From Eubacteriales bacterium (GTDB taxonomy: Bacteria > Bacillota > Clostridia > Oscillospirales > CAG-382): a DNA stretch of 64,000 nt. The first letter of the stretch is position 1, and each line of letters begins with the position of its first letter. The position numbers and the translations under genes are program-made. Under the pieces are notes generated by a model. That model made no database searches. It saw only the letters and a program-made list of their open reading frames with translations, and was not told the origin of the DNA. Of the stretch, positions 35,501 through 44,336 are shown in pieces. The stretch covers positions 260 through 64,259 of the forward strand of contig JAZNUB010000045.1 of NCBI GenBank assembly GCA_045592105.1, read 5' to 3'.

Positions 35501-35992
35501 TTAGATAGCATCAACAGATTCCTCGGTATCCACGGAAACCTCGGTGTCTACGGAAACTTCGGTGTCTACGGATTCTTCGGGTGTTACTTCTACTTCTTCA
35601 TCGGGAACAACATCAGCAGCGGGCTTTTTGCCGTGCTTTCTGCCGTGCTGTTTTCTGCCGCCTTCGGGCTTGTTGTCACAAACGCCGTCACCATCTTCGT
35701 CAACGCAGTCTTCCTTGTTGGGCTTTGCGGGCTTTTCGCCTTCAACGCCTTCAGAGCCTTCAACGTCACCGCTGATTTCTGCATCTACAGGTCTTTCACC
35801 TCTGTGGTGCTTGCCGCCTTGGGGCTTGTTGTCACAAACGCCGTCACTGTTTTCGTCAACAAAATCAACGCTTTCAGTGCCGTCAAGCTTTACATGGTTA
35901 TGCTTGCGCATACCGCCCTTTGCCAAAACTGTGATACCGCAAGCGGACAAAACAACCGCCAACGCGATAACTGCCGATAGGATTTTTTTCAT
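35501..35992 (-). CDS. Predicted lipoprotein with two D-x-D/N-x-DGVCDNKP-x-GG modules, His/Arg/Lys-rich spacers and VSVDTE repeats
   Basis: The signal peptide has a lipobox (VVLSAC). The two modules are VDENSDGVCDNKPQGGKHHRG and VDEDGDGVCDNKPEGGRKQHGRKHG. It is the first gene of the sigma/anti-sigma operon, with a 25-nt gap. Confidence 0.75.
   Translation of the reverse strand: MKKILSAVIALAVVLSACGITVLAKGGMRKHNHVKLDGTESVDFVDENSDGVCDNKPQGGKHHRGERPVDAEISGDVEGSEGVEGEKPAKPNKEDCVDEDGDGVCDNKPEGGRKQHGRKHGKKPAADVVPDEEVEVTPEESVDTEVSVDTEVSVDTEESVDAI
35521..35580 (-). repeat. In-frame 18-nt tandem repeat (about 3.3 copies) encoding (E)VSVDT units
   Basis: On the plus strand, cctcggtatccacggaaa / cctcggtgtctacggaaa / cttcggtgtctacggatt. 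Confidence 0.85.
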
Positions 35993-36075
35993 GATAATGT
36001 ACCTCCGTTTTTTATTGTTCTGTTACTAATACGATTGAAAACGGCAAAACCATTCAAAACCCTAAAAAATAAATC

Positions 36076-36114
36076 TAAAAAACTTTCCTCCTGCTTTTTT
36101 TGGCAGGAGGAAAG
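36076..36114 (-). terminator. Intrinsic terminator after leuS
   Basis: ctttcctcctgc ... gcaggaggaaag forms a 12-bp stem. On the minus strand it is followed by a T-run. Confidence 0.85.
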
Positions 36115-36124
36115 CGTTTAAATA

Positions 36125-38524
36125 CTACTTACAAAGTATGTTAAGCATCTTGCCTTTAATGTAGATGCGCTTGAACACTTCTTTACCTGCAACGCGTGCG
36201 GCAACCTTATCAAGCTTCATAGCTTCTGCAAAAACGGTGTCCTCATCCGCATCAACGGGCACGGTAACCGTTGCCTGGAACTTGCCAAGTACGGAAACGG
36301 CAACAGTTATACTGTCATCCTTAATCTTTTCCTCGTCGTACTTAGGCCACGGCGCAAGCGAAGCAAGCCCTTCACCGCCCAGCTCTGCCCAGCACTCCTC
36401 TGCAAGGTGGGGCGCAAACGGACAAAGCAGCAAGGTGAACACCTTAAGCGTTTCCTTATCGGCACCGCCTGCATCGTATATATCGTTAAGAAGCGTCATC
36501 ATCGCGGCTATTGCGGTGTTAAACTTCATAGCCTCTATATCGGAGGTAACCTTCTTTATAGTCTTATGCAGAGCTTTTTCCACCTCAGGCGTGCTTGCGG
36601 GCTTAATCATATCCATAAGAGCCGCAAAACGGTCAAGGAAGCGGCGGCAACCCTTAACGCTGTTGGTAGACCAGGGCGCGCTCTTCTCAAAGTCGCCTAT
36701 AAACATCTCGTAAAGACGCATCGTGTCCGCACCAAACTCATTAACAACGTCATCGGGATTAACAACGTTGCCGCGGGATTTAGACATCTTTTCGCCATCC
36801 TCGCCCAGTATCATACCGTGAGAGGTGCGCTTAAGATAGGGTTCGGGGCAGGAGATAAGCCCAAGGTCATAAAGCACCTTTGCCCAGAAGCGCGAGTAAA
36901 GCAAATGCAAGGTTGCATGCTCCATACCGCCGTTGTACCAGTCAACGGGCATCCAATAATCAAGCGCTTCTCTGGAAGCGAAGGCTTCATCGTTATAGGG
37001 GTCACAGTAGCGCAGGAAGTACCAAGAGGAGCCTGCCCACTGAGGCATAGTATCCGTTTCACGCTTAGCGGGGCCACCGCACTTGGGGCAGGTGGTGTTT
37101 ACCCAATCGGTCATATTGGCAAGCGGAGATTCACCGTTATCGGTAGGCTCATAAGAGTCTACGTCCGGCAGGGTAAGCGGAAGCTGGCTTTCGGGGATGG
37201 GCTGCCATCCGCAGCAATCACACCATACAAGCGGAATAGGCTCGCCCCAGTAACGCTGGCGGGAGAAAACCCAGTCACGCAGCTTGTAGTTTACCTTCTT
37301 TGTGCCGATGCCCTTTTCTTCAAGGTGCTCTATTATCTTAACCTTTGCATCCTTAACCTCAAGGCCGTTAAGTATGCCGCTGTTTACCATAATGCCTGTT
37401 TCAACGTCGGTAAACGCCGCTTCTTCAACGTTGCCGCCTGCAACAACCTCTATGATAGGAAGGTTGAATACCTTAGCAAACTCCCAATCGCGCGTATCGT
37501 GTGCAGGTACAGCCATTATTGCGCCCGTGCCGTAGGTTATAAGCACGTAGTCCGAAACGAAAATGGGTATCTCTTTACCCGTAAGCGGGTTGATGGCGGT
37601 TACACCGTCAAGGCGTACACCGGTTTTATCCTTTGCCATTTCCGTGCGCTCAAAATCGCTTTTCCTTGCGGCAGCTTCACGGTATGCGGCAACGTCGGCA
37701 TAGTTGTTAAGGCTATCCTTCCATTTTTCAACGTACGGATGCTCAGGCGCAATAACCATATAGGTTGCACCGTAAAGCGTGTCCGGACGGGTGGTAAACA
37801 CGGTAAGCTTATCGCCCATGCTTGTTTCAAAATTAACCTCTGCACCGTAGGAACGGCCTATCCAGTTGCGTTCTGCAAGCTTAACGCGCTCGATATAATC
37901 AACGGTTTCAAGGTCATCCACAAGCCTGTCAGCATACTCGGTTATCTTAAGCATCCATTGGCTTTTTGCTTTACGCACAACGTCTGCACCGCAACGCTCG
38001 CACTTGCCGGAAACAACCTCCTCGTTAGCAAGCACAACCTTGCAGGAGGTACACCAGTTCACGTTCATTTCCTTCTTGTATGCCAAGCCCTTTTTGAAAA
38101 GCTGAAGGAATATCCATTGCGTCCATTTATAATACTTTTCGTCCGTTGTGTTGATCTCCCTATCCCAATCGAAGGAAAGACCTAAAGCCTTAAGCTGGCC
38201 CTTAAAGCGCTTAACGTTGTTTTCCGTAACCGTGCGCGGGTGCATTTTGTTCTTTATAGCGTAGTTTTCGGTAGGCAAACCGAACGCATCCCACCCCATG
38301 GGGAAAAGCACGTTCCAGCCCTCCATACGGCGCTTTCTGGAAACGATATCCAGCGCGGTGTAGGGACGGGGATGCCCAACGTGCAAGCCTGCGCCGGAGG
38401 GGTACGGAAACTCTACCAACGCAAAATACTTGGGCTTGCTTTTATCGTTTACAGCGGCAAACGCTTTTTCCGCATCCCAGCGGTCTTGCCACTTTTTTTC
38501 TATTTCCTTATGTGAATACTTCAT
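36125..38524 (-). CDS. leuS: Leucyl-tRNA synthetase
   Basis: 799 aa with the HIGH motif (HVGHP) and the KMSKS motif (KMSKSRGN). Confidence 0.97.
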   Translation of the reverse strand: MKYSHKEIEKKWQDRWDAEKAFAAVNDKSKPKYFALVEFPYPSGAGLHVGHPRPYTALDIVSRKRRMEGWNVLFPMGWDAFGLPTENYAIKNKMHPRTVTENNVKRFKGQLKALGLSFDWDREINTTDEKYYKWTQWIFLQLFKKGLAYKKEMNVNWCTSCKVVLANEEVVSGKCERCGADVVRKAKSQWMLKITEYADRLVDDLETVDYIERVKLAERNWIGRSYGAEVNFETSMGDKLTVFTTRPDTLYGATYMVIAPEHPYVEKWKDSLNNYADVAAYREAAARKSDFERTEMAKDKTGVRLDGVTAINPLTGKEIPIFVSDYVLITYGTGAIMAVPAHDTRDWEFAKVFNLPIIEVVAGGNVEEAAFTDVETGIMVNSGILNGLEVKDAKVKIIEHLEEKGIGTKKVNYKLRDWVFSRQRYWGEPIPLVWCDCCGWQPIPESQLPLTLPDVDSYEPTDNGESPLANMTDWVNTTCPKCGGPAKRETDTMPQWAGSSWYFLRYCDPYNDEAFASREALDYWMPVDWYNGGMEHATLHLLYSRFWAKVLYDLGLISCPEPYLKRTSHGMILGEDGEKMSKSRGNVVNPDDVVNEFGADTMRLYEMFIGDFEKSAPWSTNSVKGCRRFLDRFAALMDMIKPASTPEVEKALHKTIKKVTSDIEAMKFNTAIAAMMTLLNDIYDAGGADKETLKVFTLLLCPFAPHLAEECWAELGGEGLASLAPWPKYDEEKIKDDSITVAVSVLGKFQATVTVPVDADEDTVFAEAMKLDKVAARVAGKEVFKRIYIKGKMLNILCK

Positions 38525-38551
38525 TTGTTTTATCCTTTCGGTCTTTTTATT

Positions 38552-38917
38552 TTAACCAATTTCTTCCTCAGTTAGTGTTTCGGCACCGTCCCATAGCTTT
38601 TCAAGCTTGTAGAACTCTCTTGCCGCCTTGGTGAAAACGTGTACTATCACGGAATGATAATCCAAAAGTATCCAATCACCGTGGCCTTCTATATGTCCGC
38701 ACTCATAGCCTGCTTCCTTTAGCTTGTACTCCGCCTCGTCCGCAAGAGAGCGAACGTGGGTAGAGGAAGTACCCGTTGCTATAACAAAGTAGTCCGCCAG
38801 CACGGTTTGGTTGCCAACGGCAAGCACGCTAACGTCCACGCCCTTTTTGCTGTCCAACGCTTCGGAAGCGATTTTTGCCATTTCGGCTGCAATTGCTTTT
38901 TGTTTGTTCTCTGTCAT
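38552..38917 (-). CDS. rsfS: Ribosome silencing factor RsfS (iojap family)
   Basis: 121 aa with the pattern VLADYFVIATGTSSTHV ... WILLDY typical of RsfS. Confidence 0.92.
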   Translation of the reverse strand: MTENKQKAIAAEMAKIASEALDSKKGVDVSVLAVGNQTVLADYFVIATGTSSTHVRSLADEAEYKLKEAGYECGHIEGHGDWILLDYHSVIVHVFTKAAREFYKLEKLWDGAETLTEEEIG

Positions 38918-38963
38918 TTTTACAATGTCCTTTCTTTAAGAACTTATATATTTTTTATTGTTA

Positions 38964-40070
38964 TCAGTTTGCATATACGGGTATTGCTATCCCGTGCTCC
39001 AGCACAGATGATAGCTTAACCCCTTCCGTATCAGTATACCCGCCGCCAAGGTGGGAAAAATCCTCTGCCCCTATTTCGCTTGCCTTTACAGGCGCAAAGC
39101 CCTTGCTTAGTATAACGGCAAGCTTATCGGTATATGTGCCGTAATAGCTGCCGCTTCCAACGGTTACACCGTCCCCCGGTAGGGTATACATAACAACGCT
39201 TGCTTTTTTTGCAAGGCAAAGCTTTGTTGCAAGCAAGGCTACCGTTTCCGCATCAAGGTCTGTTTTAATATAGGTGGAAAGTGCATCCGTTATACTTACC
39301 GCCGCCGTAGCCGTGGAAAAGCTCATAAGCTTGTCAAGCATAGCCGCGGCGTAAAGCTTTTGCGCGTTTATGCGCCCTATATCCGCTTGCGGATATCCTT
39401 GCCTGTACCTAACAAACTGCGCCGCCTGCGCGCCGTTTAGCCGCTGTACGCCTTCTTTAAGATGTAGGTCAATGCCGCGCTCTATATCCGTATAGTGGAT
39501 GTTGGTGGGTATCTCTATCGTTACTCCGCCAACGGCATTGGTTATAGCCTCTATAGCGGCACTGTCCAGAAAAACGTAGTTGTCAAGCTTAACGCCAAAA
39601 TCAGCCTCTATCTTTTCCATAAGGCGGTGGATGCCTGCTTCAAGCGGGTTCGCGCTTCCTGCGTTAGCCGCAATGGTGCGGTATCTTGGCAACAGCGAAT
39701 TAATGCGCCCCGAATAGTCCCCATCCTTAACGTAGGTATCTCTTGGTATCTGCAAGGTGGAAACGGCACCCGTTTTATAGTTAAAGTACACGCAAATTAT
39801 CGCATCGGTACGGTTACTGTCATAGTCCTTGCCAAGCACAAGCACGCCTTTTCCTGCTTCTGCTTGCGCGTCCTCTGCCGGTGGTGATTCCGTACTGCCC
39901 TCAAAGGCTTGGTATATGTAGTCCTCACCTTTGTTATCCGTTTTTTGCAGGCTTTTTTGGTACGCCGCCGTTCCAAGGCTTAGCACCGATGCCAACAGCG
40001 CAAACACCGTAAGCACCGTTAATATCCGCGTTTTATTGCTTAAGCCCCCCGTTATTATCTTCATCAGCAA
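38964..40070 (-). CDS. LytR-CpsA-Psr (LCP) family cell-wall polymer ligase
   Basis: 368 aa with an N-terminal TM anchor and LCP core motifs (RTDAIICVYF ... LQIPRDTYV). Confidence 0.88.
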   Translation of the reverse strand: MLMKIITGGLSNKTRILTVLTVFALLASVLSLGTAAYQKSLQKTDNKGEDYIYQAFEGSTESPPAEDAQAEAGKGVLVLGKDYDSNRTDAIICVYFNYKTGAVSTLQIPRDTYVKDGDYSGRINSLLPRYRTIAANAGSANPLEAGIHRLMEKIEADFGVKLDNYVFLDSAAIEAITNAVGGVTIEIPTNIHYTDIERGIDLHLKEGVQRLNGAQAAQFVRYRQGYPQADIGRINAQKLYAAAMLDKLMSFSTATAAVSITDALSTYIKTDLDAETVALLATKLCLAKKASVVMYTLPGDGVTVGSGSYYGTYTDKLAVILSKGFAPVKASEIGAEDFSHLGGGYTDTEGVKLSSVLEHGIAIPVYAN

Positions 40071-41262
40071 GACTCTCCTTTATAAAAGTTCTTGCTTCAA
40101 GTGTATGCGGGTGAACTGCTTTACATTCCTCGTTAAGCGCCTTAATGCTTTCGTCCAGCGCGAACAAAAGCGTTTTGTCTATCGCGGTTTCCTTGTTTTC
40201 TGCAAGATTTTTAAAATATTCCTCCCGCACGGAAATACAAAGCTCGTCTTTCCTGCCAAGCTCTATAAAATCGGCAAGATATATTATCTTTGCAAGCGGA
40301 TTCATATCGGGCGCCGCGGTAGTGTGCGTAAGTATAGCCTGTGCCGCTTCGGGTAGACCAAAGCGTTTTTCCGCCACAGCCGCGCCCGTTACCGCGTGCT
40401 GAAGCTTTAGGGTGCTTGCGGTTATCTCGTCAAAGCAAACGCCGTACTCCTCCGCTATCGCCCTATGCCCCTCGGCATCAAGCTCTTTTGTGCAATCGTG
40501 CAGTAAAGCCGCCGCGCTAACAAGGCGCGTATCAAGAGAGGGATAATGGTTTTCTGCAAGAAGTATTGCCGCTTTTTCTACGCCGAACGTGTGAGACAAA
40601 CGCTTGTTAGAGAGCTTTTGTATGTATTGTAATATATCCTCTGTTGGAATATCTACTGCCATATCCTTATACAACCCCTCACTTTTTATATACGCTTCCA
40701 CCCCGTTGGTTACCATATCGCCAAACGGAAGCCCAAGCCGTACAGCACGGCGCACCGCCGTTGACGAAAGAGGGAAGCTATCCATATTTAAAATGCGTAT
40801 ATCGGCACCGTATTTATCGCCCAAGGCTTGTACCATAGGGCTTAACGGCTCACCTCCGCGCACAGCCACCGCTATAACGCAGTTGTCAAGCAGATATCGG
40901 TACTCACGCCATTTTTCTATTATCAAAAGGTTATCCTGCCCCATTACAAGGCATATTTTCGCTTTAGGGTTTTCTGCTTGTAAGTGCTTTACCGTAAGGT
41001 AGGTATAGCTTGTTCCGCCGCTTTTAAGCTCATAGTCCGAAACGTTCACACCCTTAATCGAGCCAAAGCACAGCCTTGTCATATTAAGCCTGTGGTGTTC
41101 GTCGGCACCGCCCGTGTCCCGCATTTTGTGCGGCGGAATAAGGCAGGGCATAACGGTAAGGCTTGCGCCTTCAAAGCCGTTTAAAAAGGCGTTTGCCACC
41201 TCTAAATGTGCCTTGTGCGGTGGGTCAAAGGTGCCACCGTAAAGCCCCAACAGCTTGTCCAT
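40033..41262 (-). CDS. nadD: Fusion of nicotinate-nucleotide adenylyltransferase (NadD) with a YqeK-type HD phosphohydrolase
   Basis: 409 aa. The N-terminus carries GGTFDPPHKAH (the nucleotidyltransferase H/TxGH motif). The C-terminal half carries HD-domain motifs (HTFGV ... LLHDCTKE). Confidence 0.88.
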   Translation of the reverse strand: MDKLLGLYGGTFDPPHKAHLEVANAFLNGFEGASLTVMPCLIPPHKMRDTGGADEHHRLNMTRLCFGSIKGVNVSDYELKSGGTSYTYLTVKHLQAENPKAKICLVMGQDNLLIIEKWREYRYLLDNCVIAVAVRGGEPLSPMVQALGDKYGADIRILNMDSFPLSSTAVRRAVRLGLPFGDMVTNGVEAYIKSEGLYKDMAVDIPTEDILQYIQKLSNKRLSHTFGVEKAAILLAENHYPSLDTRLVSAAALLHDCTKELDAEGHRAIAEEYGVCFDEITASTLKLQHAVTGAAVAEKRFGLPEAAQAILTHTTAAPDMNPLAKIIYLADFIELGRKDELCISVREEYFKNLAENKETAIDKTLLFALDESIKALNEECKAVHPHTLEARTFIKESLADEDNNGGLKQ

Positions 41263-41276
41263 CCTTCACCAACTCC

Positions 41277-41570
41277 TTAACGCGGCAAAACTATCTTTTT
41301 GTTCTCCTTGCTTTCGCGGTATAAAACTATCTTTCTGCCTATAACCTGCACCGCCTCACAGCCAAGCAGGGGAACTATCTCCTGCATACACTCCTTAGGT
41401 GTAAGCGGAGCTGTTTCCAATACCGAAAGCTTCACTATCTCACGCGCCTCAAGCGCATCGCTAACGGTATCAACAAGCGGCTGTGTTATGCCGCCCTTGC
41501 CTATCTGCATTATCGTTTCAGTTGTGTTTGCTATCCCGCGCAGATACGCGCGCTGTTTAGTAGTTATCAT
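41277..41570 (-). CDS. yhbY: YhbY/CRM-domain RNA-binding protein
   Basis: 97 aa with the motifs TKQRAYLRG and IGKGG. Confidence 0.9.
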   Translation of the reverse strand: MITTKQRAYLRGIANTTETIMQIGKGGITQPLVDTVSDALEAREIVKLSVLETAPLTPKECMQEIVPLLGCEAVQVIGRKIVLYRESKENKKIVLPR

Positions 41571-41953
41571 TTCTTGTTAGCACAGCCCGCACAGGTGCCG
41601 AAATACCCGTGCATATCAAGATAAAGCTGCCCGTTCCTTTCTTTAAATCCAAGCTCCTTTGCGGTTTCGGCGTCGTCCTCTTCAAAGAACGCGTCAAACC
41701 CCGCAGTTCTCTCCACAAACTCAAGACAAGCGCGCCCTGCTATAATAAGCGCATCCCTGTCCTCGTTGCGCTTGATGTTGCGTAGCGCTATAATCCTGCC
41801 GCCACCCTTTATAAGCTTAAACAGGCAGATGCCGCACAACACCTCTTCGGCGTATATAAAGTAGCACAGCGCGTTTTCCTCGGCGGTAATGCCGCATTTT
41901 TCGCACAGCGCGTTGATTTTGTTTATATCAAACTCAGGTGAAACCCGTATCAT
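41567..41953 (-). CDS. Hypothetical 128-aa protein (weakly GNAT-like C-terminal half)
   Basis: It overlaps both neighbours by 4 nt, consistent with translational coupling. I recognised no confident family motif. Confidence 0.6.
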   Translation of the reverse strand: MIRVSPEFDINKINALCEKCGITAEENALCYFIYAEEVLCGICLFKLIKGGGRIIALRNIKRNEDRDALIIAGRACLEFVERTAGFDAFFEEDDAETAKELGFKERNGQLYLDMHGYFGTCAGCANKK

Positions 41954-42687
41954 TTTCTACCCTCTCCTTTTTTGTTTACCGCCGCTATAAGCGATTTAAG
42001 CTCCTGCTCGGTTAAACGGCGGCACCCGCCGTTCTCCAGCCCGTTTATGCTTAAAGGCCCTATCGCCACGCGCTTAAGCTGCATTATAGAAAGCCCGCAC
42101 GCCTCACACATACGGCGTATCTGGCGGTTTTTGCCCTCGCTTAGCACAAAGCGCAAAACGCTTGCGTTTTCGTTGCGGCTTATAAGCGTAACCTCCACGG
42201 GCGCAATACGCTCGCCCTCCAAATCACGCATTGCACGCAGCTTGTCAAGCACGCTACCTTCAACGTGCCCGCGCACGTTTACCATATAGGTCTTTTTAAG
42301 GTGGTATGCGGGGTGCATAAGCTTGTTGGCAAGCTCACCATCGTTTGTGCAAATAATAAGCCCCTCGCTGTCCTTATCAAGCCTACCCACGGGATAAATG
42401 CGCTCCCCATCGGGCAATAGCGTGCGTATCGTGGCGCGGCCAAACTCGTCACTCATAGTAGTAACGATGCCCTGCGGCTTGTTTACCAAATAGTAAAGCA
42501 TCCGTTTTTTCAGTATAACGGGCTTGCCCTTGTATTGCACGCGGTCACGGTGGGGGGCAACGCTGTCCCCAACCTTGGCGGTAACGCCGTTTACCGTTAC
42601 AAAGCCCGCAGCTATCTCTTTTTCTGCCGCACGGCGTGACATTAAGCCGCAATCCGCCATATATTTATGCAATCGTACTTTTTCCAT
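41950..42687 (-). CDS. rluB: Pseudouridine synthase, RsuA/RluB family
   Basis: 245 aa with an S4 domain N-terminus (RLHKYMADCGLMSRR) and the catalytic motif GRLDKDSEGL. Confidence 0.9.
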   Translation of the reverse strand: MEKVRLHKYMADCGLMSRRAAEKEIAAGFVTVNGVTAKVGDSVAPHRDRVQYKGKPVILKKRMLYYLVNKPQGIVTTMSDEFGRATIRTLLPDGERIYPVGRLDKDSEGLIICTNDGELANKLMHPAYHLKKTYMVNVRGHVEGSVLDKLRAMRDLEGERIAPVEVTLISRNENASVLRFVLSEGKNRQIRRMCEACGLSIMQLKRVAIGPLSINGLENGGCRRLTEQELKSLIAAVNKKGEGRK

Positions 42688-42708
42688 ATCCTCTGTTACA
42701 GCGCTTTT

Positions 42709-43836
42709 TTATTTTCTTGCAACGTTATGGCAAGCAAAAAGCGGTATTTCCTTTATAAGTGTTCCGTTTTCAAATATTTTTAAAGCGGCAATCGCCTCGC
42801 CCTTTTGTACGGGCGCATTAACCGCATCCGTTACGTACAGCTTGGTTATGGTGCTGTCGGTAGGGGTGCAGATGCGCACGTCATCCTCACAGCACGCCAC
42901 GGTAGAGCCCTTCTTGCCGCCAATTATCGGCACAGCCACAAGCTCTTTAGCTGTGTAAACCGTTTCCATACGAAACGCGCTAAAGCCGTAATCAAGCATC
43001 TCCGTATGGTCGTGCCAATCGTTACGGTCGTTAAGCGTTACGGCAATCAGCGTCATCCCCGCGCGGCGCGCCGCCGTTACCAGGCACCTGCCTGCCGCAA
43101 GCGTGTATCCCGTTTTAACACCGATAAGCCCCTCGTAGCTACGCAAAAGCTTGTTGTGGTTCATCAGATAACGCGGTAAATGCCCATCGCCCTCTATTTT
43201 AGCAGAAACGGTGGAGGCAACTTTTACAAACCCATCAAGCCGCAACGCGTACGCGGTTATAGCCGCAAGCTCTTTGGCGGTGGTGTAATGCCCCTCTGCG
43301 CTCAACCCGTGCGGGTTTGCAAAGCGCGTGCTTGTTAAGCCCAAGGATAAAGCCTTTTCGTTCATAAGCTGTACAAACGCATCGGTACTGCCTGCCACGG
43401 CTATCGCAAGCGCAACAGCCGCATCGTTGCCGGACTCCAAAAGCAAGGCGTAAAGCAGCTCCTCTTGCGTAAAGCGTTCGCCCTCCGAAAGGTAAATGGA
43501 CGAGCCCTCCACGTTAACAGCCTCACGCGTTATAACGGTTTCCGCCTGCATATCCCCATACTCCAAGGCTATAACAGCGGTCATAATCTTGGTGGTGCTT
43601 GCCATCGGAAGCTCGCTGTTGCAGTTGTGCGCGAACAGTACCCTGCCGCTTTCCGCATCGTACAGCACCGCGGAAACCGCCGAGATTTCAACCCCGCCCT
43701 TGCCTGCGTATGTGTATACCGCCACGGTGCTTTTATCTTCGGAAACAACGCGCCCGCCGCCGCAACCTGCAAGCGTAAGCATAGCAAGCAAAAAAGCTAT
43801 CGCAATACACCAAAAAGCCTTGCTTTTATTGTTCAA
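42709..43836 (-). CDS. D-alanyl-D-alanine carboxypeptidase (peptidase S11)
   Basis: A signal/lipoprotein-like N-terminus is followed by the motifs SxxK (ASTTKIMT), SGN (ESGNDAA) and KTG (VKTGYT). Confidence 0.9.
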   Translation of the reverse strand: MNNKSKAFWCIAIAFLLAMLTLAGCGGGRVVSEDKSTVAVYTYAGKGGVEISAVSAVLYDAESGRVLFAHNCNSELPMASTTKIMTAVIALEYGDMQAETVITREAVNVEGSSIYLSEGERFTQEELLYALLLESGNDAAVALAIAVAGSTDAFVQLMNEKALSLGLTSTRFANPHGLSAEGHYTTAKELAAITAYALRLDGFVKVASTVSAKIEGDGHLPRYLMNHNKLLRSYEGLIGVKTGYTLAAGRCLVTAARRAGMTLIAVTLNDRNDWHDHTEMLDYGFSAFRMETVYTAKELVAVPIIGGKKGSTVACCEDDVRICTPTDSTITKLYVTDAVNAPVQKGEAIAALKIFENGTLIKEIPLFACHNVARK

Positions 43837-43877
43837 AACAACTCACCCCGCAATATTTTATTGCGGTAGGCGTGCGT

Positions 43878-44336
43878 TTATTCCGCTGAGGCTTCTTTTT
43901 GCTCTGCCTCTTTATTCTTCTTTCTGTCCTTATATTTAGAAAACAGCTCCGGTATTTTGTCGATTAAAACATTTATGCCCTCAATCGCCTGAGTAACAGG
44001 GTTATCGTCCTGCCCTGCGGGTACGGGATTGTTAAGGTCTACAACCTGCACGTCTGTACCCTTAACGATTATAAAGCCAAGGGGCGTAACGGAAACGCCT
44101 GCGCCGTTGCCGCCAACAAAGTTTTTCTTTTCGGGCGTGGGCACTTTTTTAGAATCATAGTCCGCACCGCCTGCGGCAAAGCCAACGCTTACCTTGGAGT
44201 AGGGAAGCACCACAACCTCATCGTTAAGCCTTATCGGCTCGCCTATAACGGTGTTGGAATCCGCTACGGAGCGAATTTTGCTAAGAGCCGTATCAATGAT
44301 TTGGTTAAGAGAGGATTCGTTCATCTTCTGTATCAC
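43878..44336 (-). CDS. ytfJ: Sporulation protein YtfJ (GerW family)
   Basis: 152 aa with the pattern TVIGEPIRL ... VLPYSKVSVGFAAGG typical of YtfJ/GerW. Confidence 0.85.
   Translation of the reverse strand: MIQKMNESSLNQIIDTALSKIRSVADSNTVIGEPIRLNDEVVVLPYSKVSVGFAAGGADYDSKKVPTPEKKNFVGGNGAGVSVTPLGFIIVKGTDVQVVDLNNPVPAGQDDNPVTQAIEGINVLIDKIPELFSKYKDRKKNKEAEQKEASAE

Noticed and set aside
35521-35580. A CRISPR-like or minisatellite array. The same was considered for 59526-59615 and for the internal duplication at 33977-34160.
   Set aside because: The units are 18 or 36 nt, directly abutting with no spacers, in frame within coding sequences. They encode peptide repeats or dockerin halves, so this is not a CRISPR architecture.
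36407-38185. A 592-aa ORF on the plus strand, antisense to leuS.
   Set aside because: It lies entirely inside and opposite a gene with unambiguous motifs (HIGH, KMSKS). Its product is low-complexity (rich in V, K, G, R, H) with no recognisable domain or RBS. It is a mirror ORF of the kind produced by codon bias.
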